64,000 nucleotides of DNA from the human T2T-CHM13v2.0 reference genome, Homo sapiens, in the NCBI GenBank assembly GCA_009914755.4, contig CP086569.2, positions 6,880,001-6,944,000 on the forward strand, given 5' to 3'. This document shows, in pieces, positions 56,945 to 64,000 of the stretch (positions are counted from its first letter, which is position 1; each line of letters starts with the position of its first letter). The notes below the pieces were generated by a model that saw nothing but the letters and a program-made list of their open reading frames with translations, ran no database searches and was not told where the DNA came from. The position numbers and the translations under genes are program-made.

Positions 56945-57680
56945 GTATTAGTTTGCTCTGACTGTCATAACAAAATACCACAGACTGAGTGACTTATTTA
57001 ATAGAAATTAATTTTCCCACAGTCCTGGAGGCTGGAAGTCTGAGATCAAGGTGTGGGCAGGCCTGGTTCCTCCTAAGGCCTCTCTCTTGGGCTTGTAGAT
57101 GCTATCTTCTCCCTGTGTCCTCACAGGGCCATCCCTCCATTCGCCTTTGTGTCCTTATCTCCTCTTTTTTAATTTTTATTTTTTTAGAGACAGGATTTTG
57201 CTCTGGCCCAGCCCAGAGTTCAGTGGTGCTATCATAGCTCACTGCAGCCTTGGCTTCCTGGGCCCAAAGCAACGCTCCCACCTCAGCCTCTTGAATAGCT
57301 GGGACCACAGGTGTGCACCACCATGCTCAGCTTTTGTATATATATTTTTCCTAGAGATGGAGTCTCCCAATGTTGCCTAGGCTGGTCTCAAATCCTGGCC
57401 TCAAGAAATCCTCCTGCCTCAGCCTCCCAAAGTGCTGCGATTACAGGTATGAACCACTGCACCCAGCTTCCTCTTCTTACTAGGATACCAGTCCTATTGG
57501 GTCAGGGTCCACCCTAATGACTTCATTCTACCTTAATTAACTCCTCAAGGACAGCATTTCCAAACAGTCACATGCTAAAGTCTGGGGATGAGGGCATTGA
57601 TATATGATTTTTTGGGGCACATAATTCAGATCATTGCCCCTGTGAAAATTGTAATGCATCTAGGGATACATTGGAACTTC
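56945..57680 (-). mobile_element. MaLR LTR (MST/MLT-like, minus orientation) split by an Alu (minus) insertion at about 57178-57466
   Basis: tgtattagtttgctctgactgtcataacaaaataccacagactgagtgacttatttaatagaaattaattttcccacagtcctggaggctggaagtctgagatcaaggtgtgggcaggcctggttcctcctaaggcctctctcttgggcttgtagatgctatcttctccctgtgtcctcacagggcc... [Alu: ...agagacaggattttgctctggcccagcccagagttcagtggtgctatcatagctcactgcagcc...cctcccaaagtgctgcgattacaggtatgaaccactgcacccagc] ...ttcctcttcttactaggataccagtcctattgggtcagggtccaccctaatgacttcattctaccttaattaactcctcaaggacagcatttccaaacagtcacatgctaaagtctggggatgagggcattgatatatgattttttggggcacataattcag. Confidence 0.8.
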
Positions 57681-57939
57681 TCCTAAAGCAATATTGTAGT
57701 GTCACCCCAGTTAAAGCTGGCTTCTTAGAAGATCCCCCTTGTTGGTTGACTTCTGCAATCTCTCTCATGTTCCTTCACACTGTCTTAGTCTTGCATGGCT
57801 GCTGGAATGAAGGACCACAAATACAGTGGCTTAAACTCACATGCAATGAAGAGATACCTGCACTTTCAGGTTCACTGCAGCCTGAGTCACACAATAACCA
57901 AGATAGGTCAACAACCCCTGTGTCTGTCAGCGGATGAGT

Positions 57940-58090
57940 GGGTGAAGAAAATATGGTCTGTACACAATGGTGTACTATTCAGCCTGTAAAAACAATAAAG
58001 TCCTGTCATTTGCAACAATGTGGATGCAACTGGAGGTCATTATGCTCTGAGAAATAAGCCAGGCACAGAGAGACAAATACGGCATTATCT
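57940..58090 (+). mobile_element. LINE-1 ORF2 C-terminal fragment (old)
   Basis: ORF peptides ...WVKKIWSVHNGVLFSL and MDATGGHYALRNKPGTERQIRHYLTPF resemble the L1 ORF2 tail (WIKKMWHIYTMEYYAAIK...MKLETIILSKLSQEQKTKHRMFSLIGG). Confidence 0.55.
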
Positions 58091-58091
58091 C

Positions 58092-58457
<366 letters not shown>

Positions 58458-58799
58458 TAGAGGGCAGATTGTTTGCACAGAAACCTGGGCATGTGGATGA
58501 ATTTGGTAATACTCACGTGTGTGCGGGTAAACTTGGCAGACCCCTTTTTTTCCAAGGTTCCCTTGTGCAAAAAGAATGAAACCAGTGCAACCAATACTTT
58601 TAAGAAGCCCCTCCTTTCTGGAGTGTTTTCACGTTGCATTTCTCGGGTGGGCATGTTTTCCTGGCATCTCCGATTCTGTGCTGTGTTGGGTAACACAGGA
58701 TGATGGACATTTTGCTTCCCTATTAGGATCTTAAGTGAAAGTCCAGTTGGCATTTGCATTTGATCTGAGTAGGAGAAAACATGATAAATAGCCATTAGA

Positions 58800-59125
<326 letters not shown>

Positions 59126-59474
59126 TTAGATGCATTTGAAGCCTCCCAGCAATTCTCCCATGATGGCAGAATAGGCATCCAGGAGACTCACCCTACCCTG
59201 TCTGAACACCTTTAGCGAAGATGTAAATGATCTGCAGAGGATACTCAGGTGCGAGGATGGAAATTCCTTCTCCCTCCAGCACTGATGGCTTCCACCTTCC
59301 TGTGGTCTAAGGAGACCACACAGAGGTTGTCAGTGTGGGAGGCTGTTGCCAGTATGGTGAGTTTCCTATGGAGGAATTTCCTGTGGGACACCTCTGGGCA
59401 GTTCTTCCCGCCTTTCATGTCTTCTGTCAGATGATAGAGTGGCCAGGTCAAGGGATTATCATGATTTTATTTGT

Positions 59475-59640
59475 TTTTTGTTTTTTAGAGACAAGGTGTT
59501 GCTCTGTCGCCCAGGCTGGAGTGCAGTAGGGGTGCAATCAATAGCTCAGCTGCAGCCTCAAACTACAGGGCTCAAGTGATCCTCCTGCCTCAGTCTCCCA
59601 GGTAGCTGGGACTACAGGGACACACCACAATGCACAGCTC
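59475..59640 (-). mobile_element. Alu, truncated
   Basis: ttttagagacaaggtgttgctctgtcgcccaggctggagtgcagtaggggtgcaatcaatagctcagctgcagcctcaaactacagggctcaagtgatcctcctgcctcagtctcccaggtagctgggactacagggacacaccacaatgc. Confidence 0.8.
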
Positions 59641-59780
59641 ATTCTCTCATAAGATGGAGAGAAGAGAAGAGAGGAGGACATAAAACTGTCCATATGACTA
59701 GTTTGGGCCTTTCCATCCTGCTTAATCCAGAACTGTCAAGGTTAGACCCTGGTCATTCTTTAATATGTTTGAAAAATACG

Positions 59781-60082
59781 GCTGGGCACGGTGGCTCACA
59801 CGTGTAATCCCAGCACTTTGGAAGGCCAGGGTGAGAGGATCACTTGAGTCCAGACGTTTGAGACCAGCCTGGGCAACATAAGAAGACCCCACTGCTACAA
59901 AGGGGGAAAAAAATCAGCCATGCATGGGGACGCATGCCTGTGGTCCCAGCTATTCGGGGGGCTGAGACGGGAGGATTGCTTGAGCTCGGGAGGTAGAGGC
60001 TTCAGTGAGCTGCGATTGTGCTACTGCACTCTAGCTTGTGTGACAGAGTGAGACCCTGCCTCAATTAAAAAAAAAAAAAAGA
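59781..60082 (+). mobile_element. Alu, full length
   Basis: ggctgggcacggtggctcacacgtgtaatcccagcactttggaaggccagggtgagaggatcacttgagtccagacgtttgagaccagcctgggcaacataagaagacccc...gcactctagcttgtgtgacagagtgagaccctgcctcaattaaaaaaaaaaaaaag. Confidence 0.9.
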
Positions 60083-60649
60083 AAAATAGACCTTCCTTCT
60101 ATACAATGTCTTCCCTGCTGGCCTCCATGCCCTCGTACCTGTTTAAAAATCCACTGGAATTTTTCACCAGGACATAGAAAAAGGAAGTTGTCTCACGCAG
60201 TTCCTGTTAAATTGCACAAGTCCACACAGATCCTTGCAACCCACGCTACCATTTACTTAGCATGCGTTGTGTGTGGGCATTACATTATTCTCCGAGGTAG
60301 TTATTTTGGATGTTATACTGGGGAGGTACCCCATCAAAGAGATTTGGAGGGCAACCTGTGGAGGGTTCTTTTAAAATTGTTGACAACTAATTTGGTGGAT
60401 GTTTTCACCTTGGTGAATCGTTCCCTTGGGAGTCATTTTGCAGAACAAAGGGGTTGCACACAGGTGTGGCCAGAGAAACCTTGGCACAGAAGAAAGAAGT
60501 GCTTTGTCATGCTTAGGGCACCTGGGATCTCTTTGGATGGGCAGGCAGAGGGGAACTCTGTGAAGCCTGCCTGCATTTATTTGGGTATGCATGCTTATGT
60601 TGGAGTCTTGGCAATAAGAGGACCAGAGTGGAGGGAACAGAACTGTTAA

Positions 60650-61200
60650 CAGAAAGGGTCCAGATTCAGACACCAAGAGAGGGTTCTTGGATCTCGCGCA
60701 AGAAAAAATTCAGGGCAAATCCATAGAGTAAAGTGAAAGCAAGTTTACTGAGAAAGTAGAGGAATAAAAGAATGGCTCCTCCATAGGCAGAGCGGCCTCG
60801 AGGGCTGCTGGTTGCCCATTTTTATGGCTATTTCTTGATTATATGGTAAATGAAAGGTGAATTATTCATGCCTCCCCTTTTTAGACCAAATAGGGTAACT
60901 TCCTGATGTTGCCGTGGCATTTGTAAACTGTCATGGCGCTGGTGGGAGTATAGCTGTGAGGACAACCAGAGGTCACTCTTGTCGGCGTCTTGGTTTGGGT
61001 GGGATTTGGCCAGCTTCTTTACCGCAACCTGTTTTATCAGCAAGCTCTTTATGACCGGCATCTTGTGCTGAACTCCTATCTCATCCCGTGACTTAGAATG
61101 CCTTAACCATCTGGGCACACAGCCCAGCAGGCTTCAGCCTCATGTTAACCAACACCTCTTCAAGATGGAGTTGCTCTGGTTCAGATGCCACTGACAGAGC
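60650..61200 (-). mobile_element. Third copy of the unclassified ERV LTR family (inverted relative to copies A and B)
   Basis: ...gccatttttatggctatttcttgattatatggtaaatgaaagg...ggcatttgtaaactgtcatggcgctggtgggagt...cttcaagatggagttgctctggttcagatgccactg. These are reverse complements of ttatagttatttcttgattatatgctaaacaaggggtgg / actcccaccagcagcacgacagttgacaaatgccatggcaatg / ggcatttgaaccagagcaactccatcttg seen in copy A. Confidence 0.55.
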
Positions 61201-61349
61201 TAGCTTATAGTTGGGACAATGTCATAGGGAATTATTCTTAAAAGATTGCAAAATCCAGCTTGGATGAGATTCCAGAAATCAAAAGGGTGTTGAGAAAGCA
61301 ACTTGTCTAGAATTTCCTCTTCATGGGCTGTTGATTCTGTTCGCAATCA

Positions 61350-62720
<1,371 letters not shown>

Positions 62721-63342
62721 TGCACTAATCTTTGCAAAGAAACTACTTTGGGTTTCTTTAATGTTTCTGTGTTGACTTCCTGTTTTCAGTTTCATTGCAG
62801 TTTGCTCTGGTTTTTCTTTTGTTTTTCTCCACTCATTTTAGGTTTCTGGAATTTTCCTGAAGCATTGCATGCTGATACAGATTCTGAGCTGGTGCTTTGA
62901 CTGTCACAAGCCAGAGGGTCCTAGAAGAAGTAGAATCATAACTGAGGAAAACTTAGGAAACCCCATCCGTTCTGCCTTTCAAAGGTCTTCAGGGCAGCGC
63001 CACGTTTCACCACCTGATTTTGGTGTTTCACAGTCTGATGTGTTCATAGCTTTTGACTATTAAACTGATTGAGCTCTGCGTTTTTTAAATTTCTGTTACC
63101 CTGCTGGTGCTGTTTGAGCTCCAGCTTCCTCCTCTGTGTAATCAGTATCCCTAGTTGCCTCTTTACCCAAAAAGCCACAGAAATAAGTGCAGAGAAAACA
63201 GGTTAGCTGCCACCTGCGACAGAAGCGTGTCCTTAAATGTGTCCCTGGTCTCCTGGCCACATCACTCCAGTCTCTGCCTCTGTCTCCAAATGGGGCCTTC
63301 TCTTCTGTGTCTCTGTCTCGTCTTCTGTGTCTTTATTTTATT

Positions 63343-63637
63343 TATTTATTTGAGATGGCGTTTCAATCTTTTGCCCAGGCTGGAGTACAGCGGTGTCATC
63401 TCGACTCACTGCACCATCCACCTCCTGGGTTCAAGTGATTCTCCTGCTTCATCCTCCTGAGTAGCTGGGATTATAGGCACCTGCCACCACCCCTGGCTTA
63501 TTTTTTCCATTTTTAGTAGAGACAGGATTTCACCATGTTGCCCAGGCTGGTCTCAAACTCCTGTCCTCCAGGTGATCCACATGGCTCGACCTCGCAAAGT
63601 GCTGGGATTACAGGCATAAGCCACTGTGCCTGGCCAT
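63343..63637 (-). mobile_element. Alu, full length
   Basis: tttgagatggcgtttcaatcttttgcccaggctggagtacagcggtgtcatctcgactcactgcaccatccacctcctgggttcaagtgattctcctgcttcatcctcctgagtagctgggattataggcacctgccaccacccctggc...ctcgcaaagtgctgggattacaggcataagccactgtgcctggcc. Confidence 0.9.
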
Positions 63638-63654
63638 TTTTTATTCATTCTCTT

Positions 63655-63850
63655 TTGTCTCTTAGAAGGACACTCGTTGTTGGATTTGGGTCCCACCCTA
63701 AATCCAGGATGGCCTCATCTGGAGATTGTTTACTTAATAGAAACTACAATGACCCTATTTTCGAATAAGGCTCTATTCACAGGTACCAGGGGTTAGGATG
63801 TGGACATATTTTTGGGGGGCACCATTCAACCTAATCCACCCCTCAACCTC
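63655..63850 (-). mobile_element. MaLR LTR fragment (MST/MLT-like)
   Basis: ggacactcgttgttggatttgggtcccaccctaaatccaggatggcctcatctggagattgtttacttaatagaaactacaatgaccctattttcgaataaggctctattcacaggtaccaggggttaggatgtggacatatttttggggggcaccattcaacc. Resembles the 'ggacaccagtcatattggattagggcccaccctaatgacctcat...ccaaatacagtcacattctgaggtactgggggttaggacttcaacatatgaattttggggggacacaattcagcc' block of MST/MLT in reverse orientation. Confidence 0.65.
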
Positions 63851-64000
63851 AGTACGTCCACTGCGTTCAACATGAACTGTGTCTCCTTCTTTCCCCAAAC
63901 AGAACAACTTAAGAGATCCTGTGCACCTGTACACCTTGCGTAGGTCATCAGCACTCACTGCTTATATGCCTAAGTTCTAAGCTGTGATCATCTCCACCCT

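Noticed and set aside
60188-60676. 153-aa plus ORF and 101-aa minus ORF in repeat-poor sequence
   Set aside because: No recognisable motifs. The adjacent sequence (60650-61200) is an ERV LTR copy, and this region is probably non-coding flank. Could be rechecked by BLASTP, but composition looks random.

Overview
This window is primate, almost certainly human, nuclear genomic DNA, not a prokaryotic or accessory-element locus. No operon-like or defence-type system is present. Well over half of it is interspersed repeats: roughly 70 full or partial Alu/FLAM copies on both strands; one near-full-length young L1 (L1PA-type) on the minus strand at about 21.9-27.85 kb with a recognisable ORF1 and a fragmented ORF2; several older L1 3'-end fragments; two LTR12 (ERV9) LTRs in opposite orientation; several MaLR LTRs (THE1/MST/MLT-like); three copies of one unclassified ERV LTR family; and many microsatellites and polypyrimidine tracts. 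The only plausibly genic feature is a 2-3 kb TATA-less CpG island at about 44.7-47.6 kb. It holds a candidate plus-strand first exon: ATG at 46640, Sp1-like GC boxes upstream, and a consensus GTGAGT donor at 46806. I cannot name the gene from memory. All long six-frame ORFs outside the L1 are artefacts of GC-rich CpG-island or LTR sequence, or translations of low-complexity repeats. Coordinates of repeats are approximate to about +/-10-20 bp because they were placed by eye against remembered consensus sequences.
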